A stretch of 64,000 nt of DNA from an uncultured Aminicenantes bacterium (GTDB lineage Bacteria; Acidobacteriota; Aminicenantia; UBA2199), in NCBI GenBank assembly GCA_965195285.1, contig CBDAFS010000041.1:24585-88584 (forward strand). The letters are read 5' to 3'. Positions within the stretch are counted from its first letter, which is position 1; every line of letters begins with the position of its first letter. The translations under genes were made by a program, and so were the position numbers. The notes under the pieces are model-generated. The model was not told where the DNA came from. It saw only the letters and a list, made by a program, of their open reading frames with translations, and made no database searches. Shown here piece by piece: positions 48,462 to 59,100 of this stretch.

Positions 48462-49731
48462 GGACGGTCAGGTTATCGATCCGGCATCCGGGATAAATGA
48501 CAGAATCGATATCGCCATTGAAAACGGGGTAATCGTAAAAATTGGTTCCGGGCTGAAAGGAGAAAAGAATACCGAAATTATTGATGCCAGGGGATTGATA
48601 GTAAGCCCGGGTTTTATTGACATGCATGTTCATTTGCGTGAGCCGGGCCATGAAAACAAGGAAACCATAGAAAGCGGTTCAAGAGCTGCAGTTCATGGCG
48701 GCTTTACCTCAATTGTCTGTATGCCCAATACCTCCCCGGTGAACGACAACCGGTCGGTTACCGAATATATTATTGCCCGGTCAAAGAAAGTCGGATTACT
48801 GAATGTTTTTCCAGTGGCTTCTATTTCAAAAAACCTGGAAGGGGAACAAATTACCGAAATGGCTGATCTGGTTGAGGGCGGGGCCGTGGGTTTCAGCGAT
48901 GACGGACATTGTGTGATGAGTGCGGATTTAATCCGAAAAGCCCTCGAATATTCCAAGATGTGCAAGGTTCCCATCATTGAACATCCCGAAGATCATTCGA
49001 TTTCGGGGGATGGACTGGTCAATGAAGGATTTATCTCTTATAAATATGGCTTGAGGGGGATTCTCAACGCCAGCGAAGAGGTCATTGTGGCCCGGGATAT
49101 TATCCTCCAGGAGAGAATCAAATCACAACTTCATTTAACCCATATCTCTACGGCTGGTTCCGTAGATCTCATTAGAAATGCCAAGAATAAAAATATCATG
49201 GTGACTGCTGATGCCACCCCCCATCATATACTGCTGAATGAAGAGTCCATCACCAGTTTTGATACGGTTTACAAAGTAAAGCCACCTTTGCGAACCGAGA
49301 AAGACCGGGATGCCTTGATCAAAGGTCTCCAGGATGGCACCATTGATTGTATCGCCTCTGATCATGCCCCCCACAGCCGGGATGAAAAAGACCGTGAATT
49401 TGAAATGGCGCCTTTTGGAGTGGTGGGAATGGAGAGTTCTTTTTCGGTGACATATGATAAACTGGTCAAATCAAAAATAATCGATATGTACCGGTTGATC
49501 GAACTGTTTTCCACAAATCCCGCCAAAATACTTCACTTAAAGGACAAGGGACAGTTGAAAACCGGCAAGCCCGCTGACATAACCTTACTCAACCTCAAAC
49601 GGTCTTTTACCATAAATCCGGATGCCTTTCATTCCAAGGCCAATAACTGTCCTTTCAGGGGCTGGAAGGGTCAGGGTGTGATTGAATATACCATTGTCAA
49701 TGGAAAAGTGGTCTATCACCGGAAAAAGTAA
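48445..49731 (+). CDS. pyrC: dihydroorotase
   Basis: DMHVHLREPG, MPNT, KPPLR and SDHAPH motifs. Confidence 0.96.
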   Translation: MKLLIKDGQVIDPASGINDRIDIAIENGVIVKIGSGLKGEKNTEIIDARGLIVSPGFIDMHVHLREPGHENKETIESGSRAAVHGGFTSIVCMPNTSPVNDNRSVTEYIIARSKKVGLLNVFPVASISKNLEGEQITEMADLVEGGAVGFSDDGHCVMSADLIRKALEYSKMCKVPIIEHPEDHSISGDGLVNEGFISYKYGLRGILNASEEVIVARDIILQERIKSQLHLTHISTAGSVDLIRNAKNKNIMVTADATPHHILLNEESITSFDTVYKVKPPLRTEKDRDALIKGLQDGTIDCIASDHAPHSRDEKDREFEMAPFGVVGMESSFSVTYDKLVKSKIIDMYRLIELFSTNPAKILHLKDKGQLKTGKPADITLLNLKRSFTINPDAFHSKANNCPFRGWKGQGVIEYTIVNGKVVYHRKK

Positions 49732-49733
49732 CA

Positions 49734-51197
49734 TTAGAGAGTTTTTGAAAAATTTTTCTGCAGGTTAAAAGGATCTTTGATCTGCTGATCTTTCTTATAC
49801 TTTAATTTCTTTTGACCTCTGTTATTCAGGTATTGGAGTAGGTTTAAATTGATCTTTTCCGCAACCTGAATCCCAGCCTGGGTAAGCATCTGCCTCAGTA
49901 ATGATTCGGCTTTTCCGGCAAAGGCAATGGCATCTCCCAGTATTCGTCCGGATTCGGACGGATTATGAAAACCGGTGGAATTTTCCGCGCTGATAAAAAC
50001 GAGTCTCAGAAATGCATTTTTGTATAAATATTTGGATTTTTCATACAGGGTTTGGGGCGGTTTCCATCCCTTTTTTTGTTCATTGTGGAGCATTTCGAAC
50101 AGAATGGCATCGGTTGCCGTGGCATATCCAGCCCTGATAATCAGTGAGGCAATGCGGTCCTGAATGATAAATACCTGTTTTCCCAGCCAATCGGCTGATT
50201 CGGTATGACACTGTATACAGGCTTTTAAATTGGTTTTTAGTGGACTGGTGACATCATGATCGGATATTTTATAGGATCCGACCCGGGTATATGGCATATG
50301 ACAATCAGCACAGCCAACACCGGCGTTCCAGTGTACACTGTTTTTGCTGAAAAGTTCAAATTCAGGATGACGGATATAGGGCATCCTGAAACCGGTTGTT
50401 TTTTGAGTCCATTCTTCCCTCTGGAAGTCACTCAATAGGTCTTTAACGATATTTTCAATTGAAATGTTTCCCCAGGAACTTCCCTTCCAGGGAGGGCGGA
50501 TATCACCGGCAACTTTTCCTGCTTTATCGCGGGGAACGTAATAAGTCATGTGACACTGCCCGCAGGAAATACTCCGTAACTCCTGGCGGCTGAGCTGGTT
50601 TTTCCCAATCATCTTCAGCCCTTTTTCAATATGAAATTTATTGGTGACCAGCGACATATCCCCGGGCTGGTGGCAGTCAATACAGGACGGACCCAGTTTG
50701 CGATTTTCCGGGGGAATCATGTCGATCGCATCCTGGAATTTAGCGGTTAAATATTTCATGCCATACTTTTCTGTGAATGATTTATGGTAAGGCGTTTTGC
50801 AGGCCAGGCATACACCACCCGGAGAAGTTCTCGAAGGATCAATTTCAATCTGGTCAATTATTGCATAATGATGTCCGCGGGGCTCGTTATATTCAATTCC
50901 AAAGCCCCATCCGTTGTACAACAGTGCCGAGAATGGGTATTCGCTCAATCGATCGTAAATCACCTTATCGGTATCCCAACCTTTTCGGTATTGGCTTTTT
51001 CCAGTCGGCTTGGGTTGTTCGGTTTGAAGCCATGATTCGTAGTGAAATGGGTAGACTTTTCCCCATTTTTCGGGGGTAAATTCATTGGCTGAAATGGTAC
51101 CCACAAGGACCGGTTCTGGTTTCTCCGGTGCGCAATTTATCAAGAAACAGGTTAAAAAAGAACCCATAACCAAAACGATTAAAATTTTAACTTTCAT
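49734..51197 (-). CDS. nrfA: cytochrome c552 nitrite reductase (pentaheme)
   Basis: CLACK plus four CxxCH motifs; EPRGH; ENSTGFHNP. Confidence 0.95.
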   Translation of the reverse strand: MKVKILIVLVMGSFLTCFLINCAPEKPEPVLVGTISANEFTPEKWGKVYPFHYESWLQTEQPKPTGKSQYRKGWDTDKVIYDRLSEYPFSALLYNGWGFGIEYNEPRGHHYAIIDQIEIDPSRTSPGGVCLACKTPYHKSFTEKYGMKYLTAKFQDAIDMIPPENRKLGPSCIDCHQPGDMSLVTNKFHIEKGLKMIGKNQLSRQELRSISCGQCHMTYYVPRDKAGKVAGDIRPPWKGSSWGNISIENIVKDLLSDFQREEWTQKTTGFRMPYIRHPEFELFSKNSVHWNAGVGCADCHMPYTRVGSYKISDHDVTSPLKTNLKACIQCHTESADWLGKQVFIIQDRIASLIIRAGYATATDAILFEMLHNEQKKGWKPPQTLYEKSKYLYKNAFLRLVFISAENSTGFHNPSESGRILGDAIAFAGKAESLLRQMLTQAGIQVAEKINLNLLQYLNNRGQKKLKYKKDQQIKDPFNLQKNFSKTL

Positions 51198-51208
51198 TTA
51201 AACCCTCC

Positions 51209-51679
51209 TCATAAATGACTCATTCCGGATGTAGGGAAAGTATGGCTGATTCTGCGATGACAAGACCAGCAGTTTCGTTCTTTTTCTATTGACAATCTGG
51301 AAACCATTTCGGTGTGACAGCGGATACAGTTGGATTGTATGGTGGTTGCTCCGTGTGGGGAAATGGTAATATGATCAGAATAGAGGCGTCCGTAGAATGA
51401 GATAACATCTTTGGTGCCATCCAGGGCTTTCCATATCAAATGATTGAAAATATTATCATTGGGTAAATGACAATCCACGCATTTGATATTCCTATGAAGA
51501 CCTGATTTAAACCAGTCCTCATGTTCATTTTCCATCACATGACAGCTGGCGCAAAAATTCGGACTTGATGTCTCTTTCAGTATCTTTGGGCTTATCGATA
51601 ATAATATGATGAAAATAAGGCCCAGCAAAAATATGATTTTTTTCTTCCAGAGTTTTTTCAAATTCATGTTTAAATACAA
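51209..51679 (-). CDS. nrfH: tetraheme NapC/NirT-type nitrite reductase small subunit
   Basis: N-terminal TM; CASCH, CVDCH, CIRCH and CWSCH. Confidence 0.92.
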   Translation of the reverse strand: MYLNMNLKKLWKKKIIFLLGLIFIILLSISPKILKETSSPNFCASCHVMENEHEDWFKSGLHRNIKCVDCHLPNDNIFNHLIWKALDGTKDVISFYGRLYSDHITISPHGATTIQSNCIRCHTEMVSRLSIEKERNCWSCHRRISHTFPTSGMSHL

Positions 51680-51762
51680 CCGGATTTGTTATACTGAATT
51701 ATAGTATAAATATTGAAATATTTCATTAATGGAAATAATTAATAATACCTTGAAGGATAATG

Positions 51763-53112
51763 CTAATAATATGAGATTTTAACAAACCGGGTTTCTTTTT
51801 TGCCTTTAACTTTGAAAGCATCTGCGATCGGTGAGCCTACCACCCAGATTGGTTTTCCGGTGGCATCCAATAAAAGCGGGTAATAGTTTCTCAAATCTGC
51901 CGGTATTCCGGAAGAACGGATCATTTCATAGACACTTTGATTTATCCCGGAATTGATTTTGATGTATTTATCGCTTCTCCTGGAGCTCCTGGCCTGTAAA
52001 GGGAATTGGATAGATGATTGGGGAGTGACTATTTCAAAGTTATTTTTGGGATTTCTGAAGGTTTTAATTATTTTAACGTCGATTTTCTTTCCGATTTCCC
52101 TCAGGGGAATGAAACCGGGTGAAGCCATGCTATAGCTATAGGGCGGGATGACAAATTTATCAGGATAAAGATAGCCCTTGCGGCATCGCAGGGCCAGCCC
52201 GGGAATGAAACTTGATTTTTGGCAAGAACTGTTTTTCAATATATTTTCAATGTGACTGAAGTTGATATTCAGCAAATCACCCTTTATCCGTTTGATATAC
52301 TCCCTTAAAACAAAACGCTGCAGGGCTAGGGGATACTTTTTTAAAAGGTCAAGTGAAAGCACCTGATTCAAAATCAGGTTTTTTTTCAAGAAATCCTGGC
52401 TCTGGTGGGTAAGGTAATCATGCTCATCTTGAATAATTGTGGCCGTATTGAATATGTGCTCTTCAATTTTGGGTTCTATTTTTTTCATTGCCGGAAGCAG
52501 TATATTTCTGATCCGGTTGCGCAGGAGTGTATTGTCCCTGTTGGTGTAATCCCGGTAGAAGCGGATATGATTCCGATCTAAAAAAGTCCGAATTTCCAGA
52601 CTGGAAAAAACCAGCAAAGGCCGGATGATATGGGAACCCTTCTGAATGAATATGGCGCTGAGCCCCCTGGAGCCACTGCCTCTCATGAGTTTGATTAGAA
52701 AAGTTTCGGCCAGATCGGACCGTGTGTGGCCGGTGGCAATTTTTGCTGATTGGTGGTTCCGGCTCACTTTGGTTAGGAACAGGTATCTCAGCAGGGAGGC
52801 GGCATGCTCAAGATTCAAGCTGTTTTTTTCTTGAAACGCGATGACATTTTCACTTTTCACAATCAGTTGAATGTTCATCGAGCCGCAGATTTTTTCGACA
52901 AATTGCTGTTCCTCCAAATGGTCTTTTCTGATTCGATGGTTAAAATAGGCGGCAATCATTTGAATGGGAATATCCTGTTTCAGCCTTTTTAGCAGGTGGA
53001 GAAGGGTCAGGGAGTCTTTCCCCCCGGAAAAAGCAGCAATGATGGTGTCACCCGCTTGGATGAGGTTATGATCGCTGATATGTTTGAAAAATAAAGGATA
53101 AATAAATTTCAT
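51763..53112 (-). CDS. tilS: tRNA(Ile)-lysidine synthetase
   Basis: SGGKDS PP-loop; NHRIR; HTRSDLAET; IRPLL; RNRIR. Confidence 0.93.
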   Translation of the reverse strand: MKFIYPLFFKHISDHNLIQAGDTIIAAFSGGKDSLTLLHLLKRLKQDIPIQMIAAYFNHRIRKDHLEEQQFVEKICGSMNIQLIVKSENVIAFQEKNSLNLEHAASLLRYLFLTKVSRNHQSAKIATGHTRSDLAETFLIKLMRGSGSRGLSAIFIQKGSHIIRPLLVFSSLEIRTFLDRNHIRFYRDYTNRDNTLLRNRIRNILLPAMKKIEPKIEEHIFNTATIIQDEHDYLTHQSQDFLKKNLILNQVLSLDLLKKYPLALQRFVLREYIKRIKGDLLNINFSHIENILKNSSCQKSSFIPGLALRCRKGYLYPDKFVIPPYSYSMASPGFIPLREIGKKIDVKIIKTFRNPKNNFEIVTPQSSIQFPLQARSSRRSDKYIKINSGINQSVYEMIRSSGIPADLRNYYPLLLDATGKPIWVVGSPIADAFKVKGKKETRFVKISYY

Positions 53113-53144
53113 TACCTTTTTTGCTTCGAATGAGGAATATCAAG

Positions 53145-53217
53145 TAGCGGCGGAGGGACTTGAACCCCCGACATAACGGATATGAGCCGTCTGCTCTACC
53201 GACTGAGCTACGCCGCC
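53145..53217 (-). tRNA. tRNA with CAT anticodon, most likely elongator Met
   Basis: GGCGGCGTAGCTCAGTCGGTAGAGCA-GACGG-CTCATAT-CCGTT-ATGTC-GGGGGTTCAAGTCCCTC-CGCCGCTA. Confidence 0.92.
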
Positions 53218-53281
53218 ATAAAATAATATTATACTTCAAAATAGGGGTTTAATCAATAAATACCAGTAAATAGTGAATTCT

Positions 53282-54172
53282 CTATCTTAGAACTTTTTTG
53301 ATTAATTCTCCATATTTATAATCATCTGGCCGTGCCAAAAGGTTGGCTGCATTTTCTCTGGTTATTCTGGTAAAAAAATTCTTTGCCTTCCCGATATGGA
53401 ACTTGAATACTTTATCCTGCTCAAACAGGCTGGCCAGGATACTATCTAGAGTTAAAAACGGCTGCAACATTTTTTTTTTTGCACTATAGTGAAATAACAA
53501 CCTGTCAAAGTTGAGGATTTCATTGTAACAAAACAAACTAAAATAGATAAGATATGCAGCCAGTTCTTTTTTATTAAAATATTTTTCCACCATTTGGACA
53601 TCTGTTTGTGATATAAGATACAGCATGGTTTTTATTTTTTCGGTGTTACTTCCAAGAGTAATAAAATAATCGCCTCGGTTGTCTTTTATTTTTTCATATA
53701 TTTTTTTTTCCATTATATAGACGCCGAACAGGATTTCATTTAATTTTACTTTTACCAGTTGAGGATTGGTGGACCTCAGCCCCCAGTTTTCTGCCGTTTT
53801 AAAAAATGAAAAAATATATTTTCTTGAATTTTCAAAACGGTACAAATTATAGACATCACCGTCACAATAAAATTGAAGATCGAGAATCGAATTGGATTTG
53901 TGTTTAAGTTTTACACTGTGAATTATTTGTTTACTTTCAATGAGCTTGACAGAAACCCACTTTTTGGTATTGAAACTTTCATTCAGATTTACGATATCAT
54001 CAGCTGATAGTTTAAAATCAAGGCTATTTTGTATCTTACTTTCGATGGAGATGGGATTTTTTTCATATTGCTCGGCAATGTAGAGAAAAACTGTGGACAA
54101 AAGAATGAATACTGCAAAAATGATATAGTTTAGTTTTTTATTCTTCTGTTCGAGAGGTTCAATTGTAAGCAT
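53282..54172 (-). CDS. membrane-anchored protein with degenerate CotH-like segment
   Basis: N-terminal TM; LVKVKLNEILFGVYIMEK resembles the CotH V.LNG.Y.GLY...E motif. Confidence 0.55.
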   Translation of the reverse strand: MLTIEPLEQKNKKLNYIIFAVFILLSTVFLYIAEQYEKNPISIESKIQNSLDFKLSADDIVNLNESFNTKKWVSVKLIESKQIIHSVKLKHKSNSILDLQFYCDGDVYNLYRFENSRKYIFSFFKTAENWGLRSTNPQLVKVKLNEILFGVYIMEKKIYEKIKDNRGDYFITLGSNTEKIKTMLYLISQTDVQMVEKYFNKKELAAYLIYFSLFCYNEILNFDRLLFHYSAKKKMLQPFLTLDSILASLFEQDKVFKFHIGKAKNFFTRITRENAANLLARPDDYKYGELIKKVLR

Positions 54173-54180
54173 CTAATGAA

Positions 54181-54849
54181 TTATCCTGCAACTTCTCCTT
54201 TATAGGAAATTATATTTACTGATGATACTTCATCCATTTCAGATATGTTTTTCAACAGTATATCGTCTTGACCGTGTTTAAATCGGATTTCAAAGACGAT
54301 TTCCGAACCCAACTTGTCCTTATTCTTCATTCGAAGGTTGCTTTTATGGACACTCTTTTTTATGATTTCCCCCAGATTATTCTCATCAATATCAGATCCT
54401 TTTATAATCAATAGATAGGGGAAAATTTCAGTGGCACCTTTCTCAAAGACAAATAATATGATGGCAATGATAATCGAACCAATGAGGGCAATTAAATATG
54501 ATCCCGTTCCTGCCGATAAACCCGCTCCTATACCCCAGAATAAAAAGCCTATATCTCGGGGATCTTTTATGGCTGAGCGAAAACGAACAATGGATAATGC
54601 ACCGACCATTCCGAGTGATAGAGCGAGGTTGGTCCCGATTACCATCATCACCATGGCGGTTACCATTGAGGTTAGCACTAAGGTTACATTAAAATTTTTG
54701 GAGTACATCACTCCGGTATAGGTTTTTTTATAAACCCAGTAGATAAAAGATGCTATCAGAAAGGTAACAAACATGTTAATGATGACCAATCCAGCAGTTA
54801 ATACTGCGTTTGATTTTTGAATATAATCAAATAAATCTACATTGGGCAT
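54181..54849 (-). CDS. DUF4956 family membrane protein
   Basis: NLALSLGMVGALSIVRFRSAIKDPRD. Confidence 0.92.
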   Translation of the reverse strand: MPNVDLFDYIQKSNAVLTAGLVIINMFVTFLIASFIYWVYKKTYTGVMYSKNFNVTLVLTSMVTAMVMMVIGTNLALSLGMVGALSIVRFRSAIKDPRDIGFLFWGIGAGLSAGTGSYLIALIGSIIIAIILFVFEKGATEIFPYLLIIKGSDIDENNLGEIIKKSVHKSNLRMKNKDKLGSEIVFEIRFKHGQDDILLKNISEMDEVSSVNIISYKGEVAG

Positions 54850-54861
54850 TTTTTTCTCCTT

Positions 54862-55581
54862 TTAGTATTGAATTCTTGATATACAATATTTGCTTATAGC
54901 CTGTCTATTTCCCTGACAGTTGGATATTATTTTTTTAATATATTGGGGTAAAAGCTGATGAAATTTAATTTCCAGGACAATTATTTCATGATCAAATATG
55001 GGTATTAAATGGGCATTTTTGTTAAATATATTAAAATCTATGGTGCTGGCCCGGATATTTTTATCAAAGGTTATTCTGATATTTTGGATTTCGCTGAGAT
55101 AGGCTTCCCGTTCATAGTCAATTAATACGGTGGGGCGGTAGAAATCTCGGGTCAGATAATAGTAAACCCTGTTTAGGGTGGTATTGTTCTTTTTCAAAAG
55201 AAAATCCCGATCCCCCTTAATTAATTGATGAACTTCCTTTTTTTCCAAAAAAGCAGTTTCCTTCATCATGTATTCATTATAGCGATTTTTGATTTCAATT
55301 TTTACCTGCTGCTGATCGAGATCATACAATCGCAGTCGGATTTTTTTTCTGCGGTTAACGCCGATTATTTTATCGTAAAAATCATTGTTATCCAGGGTAT
55401 CAAAGTAGAGACTCCTTATCCAGTACTGAAAATTTTCTTTGCAGTTTGGATCCATTCTCATGGTCTTACGAAATACTTCTGAAAATATGGTATATTCCTT
55501 TTTGCTGAGAAAATATTTGAGTTCATGCCGGTAGGTTTTTAATTGCCTACTGCCCGGTTGGGTAGATTTCTTTTCACTCAT
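54862..55581 (-). CDS. VTC (polyphosphate polymerase) domain protein
   Basis: RHELKY, IRSLYFD, RKKIRLRLY, YEREAY, RITFD, LEIKF and ISKY motifs; start at MSEKK. Confidence 0.9.
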   Translation of the reverse strand: MSEKKSTQPGSRQLKTYRHELKYFLSKKEYTIFSEVFRKTMRMDPNCKENFQYWIRSLYFDTLDNNDFYDKIIGVNRRKKIRLRLYDLDQQQVKIEIKNRYNEYMMKETAFLEKKEVHQLIKGDRDFLLKKNNTTLNRVYYYLTRDFYRPTVLIDYEREAYLSEIQNIRITFDKNIRASTIDFNIFNKNAHLIPIFDHEIIVLEIKFHQLLPQYIKKIISNCQGNRQAISKYCISRIQY

Positions 55582-56194
55582 CTGTCGTATTTTGTAAGTT
55601 TTTCGATTGATTGGATACGGGTAAATAGGCAACGGCTTTCCTGTTTCTAAAATATAAATAGTAACGGTCATTGAATTTTTTGAAGTAATAACTGAGATTT
55701 TCATTTTTCTCGAAATTTGTTCTGATTACCTGGATCTTTAAAAATTCGATTTTCTGATTTTTACTGGATATCGGTTTTGAGACTTCATATTTTTGATATT
55801 GGATTTCCAGATTTCTTTTCCTTCTTAAATATCTTTTAATTTCATAGCTATATTTTTCTTTTTCCTTTAATTCAATACGCTGGGACGGAAGTAAAATGAG
55901 GCTAATAAAATCGTAAAATCGGTTTTCACTCATCTTATTGGCATAGAGTAAAAAGTGATTACATTCAATGGCATTTACCAGTGAACGTATCTGGGTATTG
56001 TTTTTTTCCGAGCTCAGGTAGTCGTTTAATGCATTTTCAGCAAAATTTTTTATTTGTTGGATTGTTTTTGATTCGAAGGTAAATTCAAAATCTTTTGTAA
56101 ATTGAACCTCTTTTTTTATTATTACATCAAATATTATCCAGATCAAAAGAACCATAATTATCAAAACAGTAATGATGCGATACTCGAATTTCAT
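55574..56194 (-). CDS. membrane-anchored hypothetical protein
   Basis: N-terminal TM; overlaps both neighbours in the operon. Confidence 0.65.
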   Translation of the reverse strand: MKFEYRIITVLIIMVLLIWIIFDVIIKKEVQFTKDFEFTFESKTIQQIKNFAENALNDYLSSEKNNTQIRSLVNAIECNHFLLYANKMSENRFYDFISLILLPSQRIELKEKEKYSYEIKRYLRRKRNLEIQYQKYEVSKPISSKNQKIEFLKIQVIRTNFEKNENLSYYFKKFNDRYYLYFRNRKAVAYLPVSNQSKNLQNTTDE

Positions 56195-59100
56195 TCCACT
56201 TTTTCCTTTGCCAATTCATTAAGGTATTGATCCAGCCATTTAATTCTTTTTCCTATCCAGGTTTTCAGGAAATCGATCTCCTGGTCAAAATCCAGACTGT
56301 CCGGATAAACAGTATCATGGGCCGGCCACTTCTGGAAATTTCGCTGCCAGCAGTCTTTTAATCTTTCTTTGTTGGTTTTGATCATTTTAAATATATTATC
56401 CGTTGAAATAATACCAGTATTGGTTAATTCTTCCCACCTCTTAATAAAAGAATTTTTAAAGATATCCAGTTTCATACATCTTTCAAATAATGGACTGGTG
56501 AGCCATTCATTATAAGGCCGTTTTTCCATTTTGTAATTTCTTCCCAATACACCATCTTTATCCCAGGGGATAAAAATCCATTTTGTCTTGTTACCTTTGG
56601 ATCTGGCCATATAGCGGTTCTGAAAAATCCCATCGGTATCATCGGTTAACTGGATGAGTATCCACAGGTTTATATAACTGTTCATATCCAGGACATTAAA
56701 TACCTCTGACTGAAACAGTTCATCTGGAGCAAGGGCTAAGAATTTTGATAAATCTTCGATGGCTTCCCAGTGTTCTCCATATTGATCCGGATCTGGATGG
56801 CGCTGGGCAAAACCACTGTGCCATCCCCGGATGGGATCATCCGCCTTTGATACAGGCTGTTTTTCCCCGGGAAAATAACTATAAATATTATCTTTGACAG
56901 GTTCAAAATTATTAGAAGTAAAGTTGGCATTCCGGTTTTTTGCTCGATACAGAAAGGCGTTGTATTTTTCATTTTTATCAAAGTCTTCCAGGTCAATAAA
57001 ATTTTTATTGATATGTTCGGTAAGAAGATAAATTCCATTGTATTTTTGATTGAGAATAACTTCGACAAATGTACTTCTGGGGGATATTCTGGTCTGATCA
57101 GAGCCAGATTGGAATTGCCTTAGAAGATCAAATGTTATCTTACTTCTCATTAGCGATTTTTCCACAAAAGAACTCTCAAGCACCCATTTTTTTGCTCTGG
57201 CCATATCCTCGAGTCTTACCGTCCGGTCCAGAATAAAACCGTATTTCCATTTTGGCCATTTCTGGCCACGCCCTTCTATTCTGCCGAAGAATTTTTGGAA
57301 GGCAACAGGGGAATTGTTTTTGGGATTCGACGGTAAATATCCAATGGTACAGGGGATTTTGGGTTCATTCTTGATCTCATTTATTTGGCCACTCTTATTG
57401 CGTGTATTTATGGTTATGAGTGCCAGATTGCTGTTGGTTATATAAAGGTCATATTCTTTGGATAGATATTTGTTTTTTAAACTTATCTTTCCAAGAAAAA
57501 TAAATGCACCGAAATCATAAGTTGAATGGTTTTTAATTATTTCTTCTGTTTTTTCTTTGTTTTCCTGAATTCCTTGCAGGAGAGGTGTTATATAAATATG
57601 GGTATTTTTTAGTTTACATTCAAAGCTGATTTTCTGGTTTGGCGGTGAATTAAAGGGAAGTCGAACAAAAATTGTTTTCTCTCGTTCATTGATATTTGCC
57701 GGGTGATCACCGATCTGCAGGCTCTGGATCTGGTTATTTTGGAAAGGGAATTGATGTTTCAAGTGATTAAATACTGAGGAGAGGCGAAAATGTTTCTGAT
57801 CTTCTATGGATTTTGATATTTTAATTTTTAAACTGAGTGATTTTGGGGGTAAAAAAACAAAGCTGTGCCTGTCATGGGTGAGATTGGTGTTATTATTTTC
57901 AAAGGTATTGTCAAGTATATATAATCGCCCTCCTTCAAAAGCAGGATTTTTTTGGTATGATGATATCCCTATACGGTTATTAAAAAAGGAGTTTGAAAAG
58001 ATAAGGGCGCTGGAAGAGTCTTTAACAGCCAAACCCGTCACATTAAATCTAAAATCATTCTTAAAAAAAATACAGTGTGAATTCTGGCTGATGATTATTC
58101 CCTTATCTTGAAATTTTTCAAATTGATTGTTCTTTACCAGCAAATCTGAATGAACAATCTTCAGGCCATCGATCCCGGATTCTTCTCCATTATAAAAAAA
58201 TATATTTTCCTCAATAGTCCCTTGACAATTTTCAAGGTAAAGGTGATCGGAAAAAATTGGTTGAAACTGGTTGTTTTTCAAAAATATTGAACAACCATTC
58301 GCTTTAATTCCTGAGGAAGAGTGAATGTGGTGTATCTTAGAATTAAATATTTTTACATCCATATCCTGGAAATAAATACCTCCGGTAAAAGAAGATCCTG
58401 AAATGGAAGCTGTACTGGAACCTGAATAGTCTAAAAAATAAATCTCACTCTGGCTATGGTTGTGGCCAATAAAAGCAAATACACCAAAGGGATCATTGTT
58501 TTCGAATGCCTCAATGACCACGGGTTCCTCTCTGGACCCGTTGATAAGGACCGGGCTGTAGCAGATGAGAGAAACCTGAGGTAAAACCTTTATCCTGGCT
58601 CCGGCTGAAATTTTGAGAACAGTCCCATAGGGAATGATGAGGGATCTTTTAAGAATATGAATCCCGGGAGATAAAACAATTTCATTTTTTTCTAATTCAA
58701 GGTTAAAATCCGGATCATTTTTTACAATAAAATCCGTGGTAAGAAGCTGTTGATCAAGATAATATTTAACCGATTTTAATGGGTGATTATAGGGGAGAGA
58801 TTTTTTAGTGATTCTGTATTTGGGAAAAGAGTCAGTAAGAATTTTTTTATATATATTTTTTGAGAAAAATTCAGAAACCAGATTGATCTTCAAACGGTAG
58901 ATTATATGCCGCATTAGTCCTCTGAATTTTTTCTCACTTTTGTTATGGAATTGAATGATTTCCTTAGACTGGTTCGACAATCGGGTTATGATGGTATCGG
59001 TTCTTTGTTGAAATACCGGATCATTTTTTATAAGATGGGTTAGTTTTTTCAGTTCTTGATTTTTACTCTTACACCTCATATTCAGAATATTGGCTTCATC

